From positions 310,001 to 374,000 of the forward strand of contig OZ024754.1 of assembly GCA_964016885.1 (NCBI GenBank): 64,000 nucleotides of DNA. Reading direction: 5' to 3'. Shown here piece by piece: positions 1-14,824 of this stretch. Within the stretch, counting starts at the first letter, position 1. Each line of letters starts with the position of its first letter. Made by a program: the position numbers and the translations under genes. The notes beneath the pieces were generated by a model, which made no database searches, was not told where the DNA came from, and saw only the letters and a list, made by a program, of their open reading frames with translations. The stretch is from Eledone cirrhosa (lineage: Eukaryota).

Positions 1-1047
1 GAGGTGTTGAAGTCATCGGTGTCCAACAGTCTATAGTCTTGACCAGGAGGTGTTGATGTCATCGGTGTCCAACAGTCCATAGTCTTGACCAGGAGGTGTT
101 GATGTCATCGGTGTCCAACAGACCTTAGTCTTGACCAGGAGGTGTTGATGTCATCGGTGTCCAACAGTCCATAGTCTTGACCAGGAGGTGTTGATGTCAT
201 CGGTGTCCAACAGACCATAGTCTTGACCAGGAGGTGTTGATGTCATCGGTGTCCAACAGACCTTAGTCTTGACCAGGAGGTGTTGATGTCATCGGTGTCC
301 AACAGTCCATAGTCTTGACCAGGAGGTGTTGATGTCATCGGTGTCCAACAGTCCATAGTCTTGACCAGGAGGTGTTGAAGTCATCGGTGTCCAACAGTCC
401 ATAGTCTTGACCAGGAGGTGTTGAAGTCATCGGTGTCCAACAGTCCATAGTCTTGACCAGGAGGTGTTGATGTCATCGGTGTCCAACAGTCCATAGTCTT
501 GACCAGGAGGTGTTGATCTCATCGGTGTCCAACAGTCCATAGTCTTGACCAGGAGGTGTTGAAGTCATCGGTGTCCAACAGTCCATAGTCTTGACCAGGA
601 GGTGTTGATGTCATCGGTGTCCAACAGTCCATAGTCTTGACCAGGAGGTGTTGATGTCATCGGTGTCCAACAGACCTTAGTCTTGACCAGGAGGTGTTGA
701 AGTCATCGGTGTCCAACAGTCCATAGTCTTGACCAGGAGGTGTTGATGTCATCGGTGTCCAACAGACCTTAGTCTTGACCAGGAGGTGTTGAAGTCATCG
801 GTGTCCAACAGTCCATAGTCTTGACCAGGAGGTGTTGATGTCATCGGTGTCCAACAGACCTTAGTCTTGACCAGGAGGTGTTCATGTCATCGGTGTCCAA
901 CAGACCTTAGTCTTGACCAGGAGGTGTTGATGTCATCGGTGTCCAACAGACCTTAGTCTTGACCAGGAGGTGTTCATGTCATCGGTGTCCAACAGACCTT
1001 AGTCTTGACCAGGAGGTGTTGATGTCATCGGTGTCCAACAGTCCATT
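1..1047. repeat. 46-bp minisatellite (~23 copies, truncated by the window start)
   Basis: unit gaccaggaggtgttgatgtcatcggtgtccaacagtccatagtctt. Confidence 0.97.
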
Positions 1048-1388
1048 AGGTGTCTCAACCCTCAACCATATTACCTTCTCGCTCGTGGGTCAGCAATGGT
1101 GGCCAAATTACTGTCCATCTTCGACTTCTGACTTCCAGCTTATCTCCTCTCTCCTGCTCCAAAGCCAACAAGAGGCCAGTTCTGCTGCCTCCCCCATCCT
1201 GCAAACTACAACCTTCTTTTCTCTTCCTGTCCTTCCAATGGCAGCGAGCATTCTCCATACGGAGTGATCTAGGAATCCCCTGTAACCCACTTCTCTGAAA
1301 ATAGCCATGGCTGTCAATCTTCCTCCTTCTACTCCTCTATAACTTCTTGATACTTGGCTCTCTTTCGCTCCAAGAATTCCTCTTCCTA
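1048..1388 (-). mobile_element. Decayed 3' end of a HERO/R2-group non-LTR retrotransposon (restriction-like endonuclease C-terminus)
   Basis: Frameshifted ERKRAKYQE...WLF / EVGYRGF...EAAELASCWLWSRR...W, typical of HERO-like elements. Confidence 0.75.
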
Positions 1389-1415
1389 TTTTCTGACTCA
1401 ATAGAATACATTTCA

Positions 1416-1446
<31 letters not shown>

Positions 1447-1760
1447 TACCATCATACACACACGCCCGCACACACACAGACATATATATATATACACACA
1501 TATAAATCGTTATTTTCTGATTTTTGTCATATTTCCCACCTTCTCGAACTCTCTAGATTTACACATCATAACTATTTACACAGTCACACTATTCCACCCC
1601 ACCACCACCACCCTCACTCTCTCTCTCCGTCTCTCTCCTGCTCTCCCTCCTCTCTCAGTTCCACCTCCACAGACCACCGTCATCGTGAAATAATCTTGCT
1701 ACGTAATTCTTCGTTTCTTTTCTACCCTCACTGACTCATTTACTGTTTGGCTTACCGCCA

Positions 1761-1831
<71 letters not shown>

Positions 1832-2748
1832 CACTACTACTATGACTACTACTACTACTACTTACTAAAGCTCTAATGATGATGATGGTGATAATGGTTG
1901 TAAGATACCGTATCTGAACAATTCAATGTTATGGTCATGGCTGGAACGCCGTTCATCATAAATCTGTACGACAAATGTTGACTTGGATTTAATTATCGAC
2001 GAGAGAACACACCGAATATCGTTTGTAAATATAATAAACCTGAGCTTAATAAGTATTGTTTTATATGAATGTCTGGGGCTCAGAGGTTAAGGCTGAAAGT
2101 TTCATTCCCTGCGACGAGTTGTAGTCTTGAGCAAGACACTTTATTTCACGTTCCTCCCGTTCACTCAGCTGACACAAATGAGTTGTACCTGTGATTCAAA
2201 GAGCCAGCCTTATCACACACTGCAGAAATACGTTAAGGGTACTCGTGTCTGTGGAATTCTCAGCCACATTAATGTGAATTTTTAAAGCTGGCTGTTCCAA
2301 TATTACTGCAACACCCGTCGACGGAACCGACAGAGGGCCAACACAACTTCACTGCGATAATATTGCTATTGTTTAGCTATATACTCTATTATACGTTCCA
2401 GCCGAGAGGCTGAGGTCATCCTGGGGCACCGCCACCGATGCTACACTTTCTATAGCCAGCCATGCCTGGTTGGCAATTGATGGAAAAGGGGGTTTGTTAC
2501 TGCTGCCCTTGTTTGTGTTTCGCATCGTGCTGTGGTTTCATCCAGGATCTTGGTCAGTAGAATGTCGAAATGTCTCAGATTTTTGGTAGCTTATTAAAAA
2601 GCTGTTTTTGTTTGATATAAGTGTATTGAGGAGAGTAGGCAGAACATAATCGAAAGGTTAAAGAGTTCGTTTCCCAATCATTCGATCTCTGGATCGATCC
2701 TACTGCGTGGCATCTTGTGAAAATGTCATTTATCATAGCCTCAGATTG

Positions 2749-3155
2749 ACATATGTCTTGGGAGTGTGGTGGGTAGACATGTCTACCCACCACACTCCCA
2801 AGACATATGTGGTGGGTAGACATGTGTTGGGAGTGTGGCGGGTAGACATGTGTTGGGAGTGTGGTGGGTAGACATGTGTTGTGAGTGTAGTGGGTAGACA
2901 TGTGTTGGGAGTGTAGTGGGTAGACATGTGTTGTGAGTGTAGTGGGTAGACATGTGTTGTGAGTGTAGTGGGTAGACATGTGTTGGGAGTGTAGTGGGTA
3001 GACATGTGTTGGGAGTGTAGTGGGTAGACATGTGTTGGGAGTGTGGTGGGTTGACATGTGTTGGGAATGTGGTGGGTAGACATGTGTTGGGAGTGTAGTG
3101 GGTAGACGTGTTGTGAGTGTAGTGGGTAGACATGTTGTGAGTGTGGTGGGTAGAC
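2749..3155. repeat. 26-bp minisatellite with a 62-bp perfect palindrome at its left end
   Basis: unit ggtagacatgtgttgggagtgtagtg; palindrome 2749-2810. Confidence 0.93.
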
Positions 3156-3802
3156 GGAAACTGTTCGGTTCTACCTTGAGCAGTTCGATCACGTGTCTTC
3201 TACCATAATCACACCCGTGAGATGAGACAGAAGAGAAAAATGTACGAAATCCCGTTTGTTCGATTGTATTTGATGTGTTTAGTGTCTTCTGTTTGTTTCT
3301 GGACCTACAAGAGTCGTGAGTGACACTCTTCTTCTTCTCAGACTAAACTAGTAGAAAGAAAAAAACAAAAACAATAGCCATGTCGCCTTCAGCGTGGAGC
3401 GAACTCAAGATTCTTAAATGTTCCAAACGTAACGCCACAGCACAATCACGAATAGGTCATTGCCCTCTCCATCCATAGGTTTTGCTTTGCATTGTTGTCG
3501 GTTACCTTGACAATTATATGATGACAATCAGACAAATATTTACTGGAAAGTTGACACATGATTTGTCATAACACTCACAGTTATAGAGCCAAAAAAAGGG
3601 AGCCCCACATAGTCAGCCAATCCGCTGGAAATAGCAGCCAGATCTACCTCAAATCACGCTCTATCGATTTAAGAAATAACAACAACAAAAAATAAAATGA
3701 TACATTGGCCAATGTAGCGCGAAACCACGGAACGGTCACGGCTGGAACGTATTTTTATCATAGATTTGCTGCAGCAAGACATACTCTGGGCTAAACAATT
3801 GA

Positions 3803-3992
3803 AATAATTGTTTCTACTTTAGGCACAAGGCCAGCAATTACCCAGTACATTACTGGTACTTTATTTTATCGACCCCGTAAGGATGAAAGGCAAAGTTAAC
3901 CTCGGCGGGATTTGAACTCGGACTGTAAAGGGACGTAACTATGCTAGAAAGCATGGCGTCCGACTCTCTACCGATACTGCCAATTCCCCGCC
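3803..3992 (-). mobile_element. tRNA-derived SINE family A, full length. Other copies: 8768-8940+, 10984-11179-, 15688-15810+, 26271-26368-, 28706-28806-, 32842-33025+, 36011-36225+, 36869-37060+, 40250-40472-, 40850-40985+, 52370-52553+
   Basis: Shared consensus gggcggtgaattggcagtatcggtag...gagttcaaatcccgccgaggttaactttgcctttcatcc...gtagaaacaattatt with A/B-box-like motifs. Confidence 0.9.
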
Positions 3993-4198
3993 CTAAACAA
4001 TAGAAATAATAGAAACAATAGAAATAATAGACATCATTCAAATATTTAGCTATTTTAAAACATCTGAAGCACGACAGATATTTGTTTTTCTTACCAATCA
4101 ATTCTTCAAACCCGCCATCTTCGACCTCACCCCCAAACAAATAAATTTCCATTCCTCACCAAACACAGGCTATCACAACACACAGATTATTATGGCAG

Positions 4199-4233
<35 letters not shown>

Positions 4234-4339
4234 TAAATGTGTGCACATGCACATACATATGCAATAATACATATATGCATACATATATGCATACATACAT
4301 GTATATATACATGCACATACATATGCATGCATATATATA

Positions 4340-5089
4340 TCTGTATATATATAAAATTAAGTATGTGTGTGTGTGTATTACATATAAGGGCCTACATCTT
4401 ACGACCGATTTTCATGAAACTTTACAGGCTCATAGATTAGTCATCGGGGAGTGTTTTCTATATATCAGCGTATCGTTTTTTTTATTCCGGGGTCATTCTG
4501 CAGATAAAAATCGATTGGGGGGGGGGGGGGGGTCACCTTTTTTTTAGTTATCGAAAAATAAGAATTTTGGCTCTAGGTCTCACCGATTTCGTTCAAATTT
4601 TAAAGCAAAATAGAATTTATCATTGCACATCCTGTAATGGCGTTATATTTTGCATTTGTTGTTCAGGGACGGCGTGGCAGCCGCTTAAATATTCAAAAAT
4701 ACCACTTTTAGACTCAAATTTCCACTTTTTCGGCTCTAACTCCCACATTTTTCAACCGATTTCGTTCAAATTCGAAACTTCGGCTCCACCTCACACATAA
4801 ATCAATTTATTTGGTTCAACTTTTATACTACGATAGAACCTATCATTGCACATCTTATAGTAGCTTTACACTTTGCATTTTTTGTTCAGGGTCGGCGTGG
4901 CTGCCGTTTAACTCTCCAAAATACGATTTTTTCCACCTCCCATATATTCCATACAATTTCACTCAACATTTCGCCATTTGCTACACCTTACGACCGATTT
5001 TCAAGAAACTCGCAGTCGCTAAGATCAACACCTTTTCATCAAAGCAGATATTATTTTACCTACCCAGGCAACGCTGAGTTCTGCTGCTA

Positions 5090-5090
<1 letters not shown>
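4340..5090 (+). mobile_element. Non-autonomous Helitron-like element
   Basis: 5' a|TCTGTATATATATAAA then (TG)n; internal direct repeats (ccgatttcgttcaaatt); 3' degenerate hairpin cccaggcaacgctgag followed by CTAG|t. Confidence 0.7.
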
Positions 5091-5123
<33 letters not shown>

Positions 5124-5127
<4 letters not shown>

Positions 5128-5262
5128 GTAATGAAGGAGGTGTGGTAAGGAACCAGATGGACCATAACGCACCAGAGTACTCAATACTTAGGGTAGTGGA
5201 GTGGGTAATAGGGAAATGTATGACCCCGACGGCAGAGCTCAAGCTGTTTCGACGGCTATTTC
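5124..5262. mobile_element. Penelope-like terminal-repeat family (other copies 6525-6695, 30735-30810, 34081-34212, 49405-49430)
   Basis: Shared ccccgacggc...gtttcgac block; the reverse strand reads GAAAC-GGC-loop-GCC-GTC-gggg (3' half of a hammerhead). Confidence 0.55.
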
Positions 5263-5442
5263 TGGATTTTCCTAATAGGAAAATCTGCTTCGTAGAATCG
5301 AGACGTATCCGAGGACCGCGCGATTTCAGAGTCAGGTTTGATCACCACATCGATTGTCCCTCGAGAAACAATTGTAATATGTCCAATAAATTCCTTTCGT
5401 CGCAACACTGATTCTCTTTTTTCTGTGATATATATATATATT

Positions 5443-5487
<45 letters not shown>

Positions 5488-5493
5488 TATATA

Positions 5494-5530
<37 letters not shown>

Positions 5531-5628
5531 TGAGTATATATTGGTTGTTTACCGACACCTCAGTATGCAGATTGGAGCACTCGACGAAGTACGCAGGTTG
5601 GTTTGTTTACTCCGGAGTAATGTAAAAT

Positions 5629-5944
5629 AATTAAGTCAAATATGTAAAATTTGGCTTCGTTTATTATAAATTATAGATATACTGCTACTATATATATTTC
5701 GGTGACAGCCGAATTGGAATCATATGATTCCAGTTCCTCAGAGAAATAACAACACAACCAGGAGCTGGACATATCGATGTATTAACAGAGTAAAACACAC
5801 TTCAACAACATGTGTACCTGTCTTTCCCACACCAATTCGGACTGCCTGAAGAGGTCACAGCCAATGATGGCTGTCACCGAAATATATATAGCAGTATATC
5901 TATAATTTATAATAAACGAAGCAAATTTTACATATTTGACTTAA

Positions 5945-5945
<1 letters not shown>
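5629..5945. mobile_element. Penelope-like element end with an inverted partial terminal repeat
   Basis: 5629-5710 is the reverse complement of ~5869-5945; hammerhead at 5841. Confidence 0.65.
5841..5895 (+). ncRNA. Minimal type-I hammerhead ribozyme motif (Penelope-like)
   Basis: actgc-CTGAAGA-ggtcacagcc/aatgat/ggctgtcacc-GAAA-tatata-TA-gcagt: stem I 5 bp, intact core, stem II 9/10 bp, palindromic stem III. Confidence 0.8.
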
Positions 5946-5987
<42 letters not shown>

Positions 5988-6011
5988 TATAATCCAAAGA
6001 GGGCTCGATAA

Positions 6012-6058
<47 letters not shown>

Positions 6059-6251
6059 AAGGCACGTGGCTGAGTGGTTAGAAAATTAGATTCCTGGACC
6101 AGCCGATTCGTTATATGCTTGAGCATGACATTTTATTTTACGTTGCTCCTTCTACCTGGAGTTGCGACCAATAGATAGATAGTATTAGCAATTAGAAAGA
6201 TCAATGGAAACATTGTTTCCTCGGTTCGATTTGACGAGCGTCGATCGACTG

Positions 6252-6291
<40 letters not shown>

Positions 6292-6418
6292 TTATATATA
6301 TATATATATATATAATTAATATATTTATTATATATATAATTAATTATATATTTAGAGTATGTGTTATATATATACATATTCATAGATAGGTATGTATATA
6401 TATATATATATACACATA

Positions 6419-6454
<36 letters not shown>

Positions 6455-6724
6455 TGTATACGTATATATATACATATTTATACGTATATATATATATATA
6501 TATCATATAAATATATATATATATAACGAAGGAAGTGTGGTAAGGAACCAGATGGACCATAACGTACCAGAGTACTCAATACTTAGGGTAGTAGAGTGGG
6601 TAATAGGAAAATGTTTAACCCCGACGGCTATTTCTGGACTGAGATAACCGTCGAAACGGCTTTAGCTCTGCCGTCGGTTTTAAATATTTACCTATATATA
6701 TATATATATATATATGTGTGTATG

Positions 6725-6783
<59 letters not shown>

Positions 6784-6829
6784 AGATAGATATACGCGTA
6801 TATCATGCGTACTCACCCCACACACGCAC

Positions 6830-8490
6830 TCACACCACACACACTCACACCTCACACGCACTCACACCACATACACACTCACACCACACACACTCACACC
6901 ACACGCACTCACACCACACACACACTCACACCACACGCACTCACACCACATGCACTCACTCACACCACATGCACTCACACCACACACACGCACTCACACC
7001 ACACACACACTCACACCTCACATGCACTCACACCACACACACGCACTCACACCACATACACACTCACACCACACACACTCACACCACACGCACTCACACC
7101 ACACACACACTCACACCACTCACACCACACACACACTCACACCACACACACTCACACCACACACACTCACACCACACACACTCACACCTCACATGCACTC
7201 ACACCACACACACGCACTCACACCACACACACACTCACACCACACACACTGACACCACATGCACTCACACCACACACACGCACTCACACCACATACACAC
7301 TCACACCACACACACTCACACCACACTCACACCTCACACGCACTCACACCACATACACACTCACACCACACGCACTCACACCACACGCACTCACACCACA
7401 CACACTCACACCACACACACACTCACACCTCACATGCACTCACACCACACACACGCACTCACACCACATACACACTCACACCACACACACTCACACCACA
7501 CGCACTCACACCACACACACACACTCACACCACACACACTCACACCACATGCACTCACACCACACACACGCACTCACACCACATACACACTCACACCACA
7601 CACACTCACACCACACGCACTCACACCACACACACACTCACACCACACACACTCACACCACACACACACTCACACCACACACACACTCACACCACACACA
7701 CTCACACCACACACGCACTCACACCACACACACACTCACACCACACACACACTCACACCACACACACACACTCACACCACATACACACTCACACCTCACA
7801 TGCACTCACACCACACACACGCACTCACACCACATGCACTCACACCACACACACGCACTCACACCACACACGCACTCACACCACACACACACTCACACCA
7901 CACACACTCACACCACACACACACTCACACCACACACACACTCACACCACACTCACACCACACACGCACTCACACCACACACACACTCACACCACACACA
8001 CACTCACACCACACACACACACTCACACCACATACACACTCACACCTCACATGCACTCACACCACACACACGCACTCACACCACATGCACTCACACCACA
8101 CACACGCACTCACACCACATACACACTCACACCACACACACTCACACCACACACACACACTCACACCACACACACACTCACACCACACACACGCACTCAC
8201 ACCACACACACACTCACACCACACACGCACTCACACCACACGCACTCACACCACACACACACTCACACCACACACACACTCACACCACACACACACACTC
8301 ACACCACATACACACTCACACCTCACATGCACTCACACCACACACACGCACTCACACCACATGCACTCACACCACACACACGCACTCACACCACACACAC
8401 ACTCACACCACACACACACACTCACACCACACACACACTCACACCACATACACACTCACACCACACACACACTCACACCACACACACACT
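6830..8490. repeat. Complex (CTCACAC-CACACA)n satellite
   Basis: Variable-length units of ctcacaccacaca; source of the spurious His/Thr ORFs. Confidence 0.95.
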
Positions 8491-9529
8491 CACAGACACA
8501 AACTAAGAAATGTCAACGATGTATGTTGAACGAAGGTGTTAAAGACCAACAGAATGTTGACAGGAATATTAATCATGATTGACATGAAATTTTAATTTCC
8601 AGTCAAAAGTTTAATGACCTCAACAAATATGTCTGAAGTTTATCGTTCTGTCGTGCAGTTTTTGTCACCATTTTCCTCTCTAAATTGCTTTGTCCTTTCA
8701 TTTCTAAACCTGTCTTATTTTGGACTCGTATACCTGTACATCATTTATACCTACATTACCACGCCTCCGGTAGAGGGTCTGACGCCATGCTTTGCAGCAT
8801 AGAGTTACGGCCCTTTATGGTCTGTGTTCAAATCCCGCCGAGGTTAACTTTGCCTTTCATCCTTACGGGGTCGATAAAATAAAGTACCAGTAATGCACTA
8901 GGTAATTGTTGGCCTTGTGCCAAAAGTAGAAACAATTATTTCAGTGTACCCGCCCCTACTGCCCCCATCTATTGTATTGGCCCCTTTTTCTTGGCCCTTC
9001 TGGCTAATAAAAAGAAATAATTATTTTCAAAGAGGTTTTGCATTTCTTAGCGAGATTTATTGATTTCTAATTTTGAGGGAAGGGCAAAGTTGATTAAATC
9101 AACCCCAGTATATGACTGGTACTTTGTTTTATTCCACCAATTCCAACATGTTCACGCAGGCGCATTACATTAAAAATCAGAAGAGGTCAATGACACACAC
9201 ATAGCCACACACGGACACACACATACATACACACACACATATAGGTATATATTGTGGGTCATGAGTGTACGTATATATATATGTGTGTATGTGTGCGTGT
9301 GTGTGTCTGTATATATATATGTATGTATATATATATGTATATATATATATGTGTATATATATATATATATTTATATACATATATATATATAAATATATAT
9401 ATATATGTGTGAGTGTGTGTGTGTGTGTAGACAAGTAAACATCACCATAATTATATACAATTTCTTTACTTCATAACATAATGTATGTACATATTTTTGA
9501 TAGTATCATCGATCTCACTGTTGTATGTG

Positions 9530-9560
<31 letters not shown>

Positions 9561-11663
9561 GTATGTATATATGTGTGTATGTATGTGTATGTATGTATAT
9601 ATGTCTGCACGTATGTGTATGTATGTATATATGTGTGCATGTATGTGTATGAAGTATGCATGTGTATATATGTATATATGTATGTACGTATGTGCATGTA
9701 TGCATATATGTATATATGTATGTAATGTATGTATATGTATGTATGTATGTAGTGTATGTATATATATATATATGTATGTGTGTGCATGTGTATGTTTATG
9801 TATTGATATATGCATATATGTATACATACATACATACATATATACATACATACATATATACATACATATATACATACTTACATACATATATGCATACATA
9901 TATACATACATACACATATGTGTGTTTTGGAGGTTCATCTGTCAATGTTTTGTAAAATATTTTCAGGAAATTTACATCCGGGCTTTAAATCAACGACAAA
10001 GGAATTTACCAAACATTGGGGGGGGGGGGGGGGTTATCGGCTGAAAAGTTCGTAGTCTGACCAAGATACTCTCATGGAATGACCAAATGAGATATATTTC
10101 TCAACTGGATGGAAAACAATGGAGTTATTAATAAGAAGAGTTGAAATTAATGCATGCAGGACTTCGCAGCTCTAGCATCACTCCTTCATATATTACCTTG
10201 AGTTCTTTTTAGCAATATTTTCTATTATTACCACAAGGGCGACGTATCTTGTATACTACCCATTCGTTTTATCAATACCATTACTAGCCAACGACGAGCC
10301 ACTATATAGTAGCATACCATGCTAGAAATAATACCAATTACATCCTACCTTCTAAGATCATATCACATTGGATCACGTACTGATAGTAAAAAAGGTAAGA
10401 TGATCGTTGCGAGATTACATTTGATCCTAGGTTTGTTCTCATGATATGACTCGATGGAGTATGAAACCATTGCTAGCACACTGTTACTTTAGCTGAAGGA
10501 CGACTGTAGTCGTGTAATTAAGCAAAGCTAAGGACAATTGCACTTAGCTTTGCTTAATTACACTATCACGTAATTATTAAACTTAATTTGTCGTTTATTT
10601 CAGCCCAGTGAATGTTAATCTTAAACATTACATCTGCAGTTGCCCCCCCCCCCCCCTCTCTCTCTATCTATCTATCTATCTATCTATCTCTCCACACATA
10701 CATATATATATATCCTTACTTGTCTGTCTGCCTTTACTTATTCTATCTATAAGCATATATACATGTTAATATAGATGTATATATATATGTGTGTATGTGT
10801 ATGTGTAACTGTATGTCCGCGTGTGTGTTTATGAATATATGTATATATCCTCCCCCCTCCCTTTATCCATGCTACTCTGTTTAAATCTCCATCAATCAAC
10901 ATAATCATCCGATTCTCTCTTATATAATAATACATTATATATAATGTATTATTATATAATGTAATACACACATAATATATATATAATTGTTTCTACTTTT
11001 GGCACAAGGCCAGAAATTATCCCAGTGTATTACTGGTACTTTATTTTATCGACGCCGTAAGGAAAGATGAAAGGCAAAGTTAACCTCGACGGGATTTGAA
11101 CTCAGATCATAAAGGGACGTAACTCTATGCTTCAAAGCATGGTGTCCAACTCTCTACCGATACGGCCAATTCACCGCCCTTACATAATAATGTTATATAT
11201 ATGTGTGTGTGTGTGTGTGTTGTATTATATTCTATATTATATAATATATATATATATACATATATATGTTTATTGATGAATATATACATGCAAATCTCGA
11301 GGAAGAGAGTGATAGATAGATATAGAGAGAGAGAGAGATTATGCGGTGTAAGGTGAAATCTTCCTAACAGTTTCTATTGCACCTGTCTGTAAGATTAACC
11401 TAAACAAAAGCCAGCAACTTTCTATTAATCTCCCGTTAATCCTCTCAACCAATTATAACTCATAATGCCACAATGCTTCGCGTCAATCATGTATGAAGAG
11501 CAGTTAGCTAATTAACGCCAGGTATTGATTAGTTTTAACTAGGTACAGGGTTAAATTTACTGAGGTGTGCTGTTGGGGGCGGGGGGGGGGGCTGAACAAG
11601 GATCGCCGTCGCTTCTTACGATGAGTGTTCCAGTTGATTGAACAGTGGAACACACAAATATAT

Positions 11664-11775
<112 letters not shown>

Positions 11776-11874
11776 ATATATATTATATATATATATTATA
11801 TATATATATATATATTATATATATATATTATATATATATATATATATTATATATATATATTATATATATATATT

Positions 11875-11907
<33 letters not shown>

Positions 11908-12070
11908 AATATATATATACATACATATATATAATAGGTGATTCAGTAGATTCGTGGTTTACTGAGGCGAGTATCCAAATCAACACTCTATGCTAAGGCA
12001 GTGTGTATATTGCAAACAAAGTGAGGTTTCACATTAAGGTCTTTATTGATTATACATAGTTACCACCGTT

Positions 12071-13205
12071 TCACAGATGGCTGGCTCAGATCTATGTAGT
12101 TACTATAGACCAGACTCAAGTCTGATCTGGTCATCACAGATGGCTGGCTGAGATCTATGTAGTTACTATAGACCAGACTCAAGTCTGATCTGCTCATCAC
12201 AGATGGCTGGCTGAGATCTATGTAGTTACTATAGACCAGACTCAAGTCTGATCTGGTCATCACAGATGGCTGGCTCAGATCTATGTAGTTACTATAGACC
12301 AGACTCAAGTCTGATCTGGTCATCACAGATGGCTGACTGAGATCTATGTAGTTACTATAGACCAGACTCAAGTCTGATCTGGTCATCACAGATGGCTGGC
12401 TCAGATCTATGTAGTTACTATAGACCAGACTCAAGTCTGATCTGGTCATCACAGATGGCTGACTGAGATCTATGTAGTTACTATAGACCAGACTCAAGTC
12501 TGATCTGGTCATCACAGATGGCTGGCTCAGATCTATGTAGTTACTATAGACCAGACTCAAGTCTGATCTGGTCATCACAGATGGCTGGCTGAGATCTATG
12601 TAGTTACTATAGACCAGACTCAAGTCTGATCTGGTCATCACAGATGGCTGGCTGAGATCTATGTAGTTACTATAGACCAGACTCAAGTCTGATCTGGTCA
12701 TCACAGATGGCTGGCTCAGATCTATGTAGTTACTATAGACCAGACTCAAGTCTGATCTGCTCATCACAGATGGCTGGCTCAGATCTATGTAGTTACTATA
12801 GACCAGACTCAAGTCTGATCTGGTCATCACAGATGGCTGGCTCAGATCTATGTAGTTACTATAGACCAGACTCAAGTCTGATCTGGTCATCACAGATGGC
12901 TGGCTCAGATCTATGTAGTTACTATAGACCAGACTCAAGTCTGATCTGGTCATCACAGATGGCTGGCTCAGATCTATGTAGTTACTATAGACCAGACTCA
13001 AGTCTGATCTGGTCATCACAGATGGCTGGCTCAGATCTATGTAGTTACTATAGACCAGACTCAAGTCTGATCTGGTCATCACAGATGGCTGGCTCAGTTC
13101 TATGTAGTTACTATAGACCAGACTCAAGTCTGATCTGCTCATCACAGATAGGTGGCTCAGGATGTGAATAAACGCTGTAGACCAGACTCCAGCCAGATCT
13201 GGTCA
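12071..13205. repeat. 63-bp minisatellite (~17 copies)
   Basis: unit tcacagatggctggctcagatctatgtagttactatagaccagactcaagtctgatctggtca. Confidence 0.97.
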
Positions 13206-14249
13206 TCAGACTCGTTAATCAAACAAAGACAAAATCTCAAATGTCTTTGTGAATGAGTGTAAGAAACTCTGTTTCAGAAATAACTTCTGGAAAGCAGAAT
13301 AAGTAAACAGAAAAGAAAAAATGGCAAAAATAGCACAAGAGAGAGAGAGAGACTGGGCGACCTTTTTCAATTGGAGATAACCTTTCTTTAACAGCAGCGG
13401 CTATAACCAGTCAAGGAGTCTGTACATGGTCGGACGATGCTAGAAATAGCAGTCAAACTCTCCTCAAATTGCACCTTACTATCTTTAAAACAAAAAGTGA
13501 ATAATTAGATCCGATAAGGCCCCACAGTGACTGGAAAAGGGAGATGGTCACAGCTGGAATGTCTTTCATCATACCTAAACAACAGCTGTAACACCAATAA
13601 ACAGCATCTCATGAGTTAATATGTTCTCAATTTTCTACTGAGTCGCCTTCATTCATGTCTTCCTCCACACCCACCTATCCACTACAACTGTTGTTCTTAC
13701 TACCACTACTACGTAAGGTATATTTAATGTTGATATACATACATACACAGAGAAATGTACCCTCATATACACATACATACACACAGAAATGCACCCCCAT
13801 ATAGATATATACACAGAAATGCACCGCTATATACACACATGTGTGTTCAGCTGTTGAAGAAACGGTTAAAGAACTGAAAGAGAGAGATGTAATTGGAGAG
13901 AGAATCCCGTCAAAGATGTTTGCCTTTTTAAGAAAAAAGAAAGTTAGAGCCTATCCTCTGATCTAGTCAGAAACCCTACCCTCACTAAGTCGCTGATAAA
14001 GAACAAAAAAATCGTGTGCTATTTATATACACACGTAGATACATACACACACACACACACGTAGGGGATTTCTAATACTGGTATATTACTCCGTGTATTA
14101 AACATCTGTTCTTGTTACATATACGGGTGCGATGACGGGAAGTACTTCGGTAGATGATACGTGATCAATGTACTGTTTCCATTCTTAATCAATACTCCGG
14201 TTTAAAAGAAATGTATGAAAGCCATAAACTCATACCATCCACCAATAAA

Positions 14250-14690
14250 TTATTTGTCAAAAGGTTGGCTGGAATGGTGGCATCGTTAGATACGAGGGTG
14301 TATGTTGGAAGTAGTATCACATGTCCATAGTATCGGAGCTGTGATCTCTCGGAGAAGTAGCGGCTCTACCTGAACTCTCTCATCTGAGCTACGCACTTTA
14401 TCGACTAAAGTTACTCCAAATACTCTTCAGAGGAACCCCATTTCGGCCGCGTGTATCTATTCTTTCGATCATTACCCAAGATTCATGATCATAGGTATGT
14501 GTTGGCAGGAATACCAGGAAGTTTGGCTTTTACACCGACCTCCATTGCTGAAGCTGGTGCATTACTGCATCAGCTTTTGCAATTCTTGCACTTAATTCAA
14601 CCTCCTGCATTCCATCACTCGTGAACACGGCCCCTAATACTTGAACCTCCCTACCCGCTTCAGAGGAGCTCCATTCACATGTATATAAAT
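14250..14690 (-). mobile_element. Decayed RTE-clade LINE reverse-transcriptase fragment
   Basis: Frameshifted RFKY-G-VFTSDG...ELSARIAKADAVMHQL...PTHTYDHESWVMIER. Confidence 0.7.
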
Positions 14691-14824
14691 TTGAGCGACT
14701 TCTGTCCATCTGTCACAATGTGTATGCGTGTGTAAAGGAAGGAAGAGGAAACACACACATACATATGTATGACACACGTCTCTAATTTAAGAATGCCGAC
14801 AAACTCACGCACATACTGTCCTAT

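Noticed and set aside
6596-8582. His/Thr-rich ORFs up to 622 aa
   Set aside because: All three frames are open because (CA)-rich repeats lack stop codons; no coding signature.
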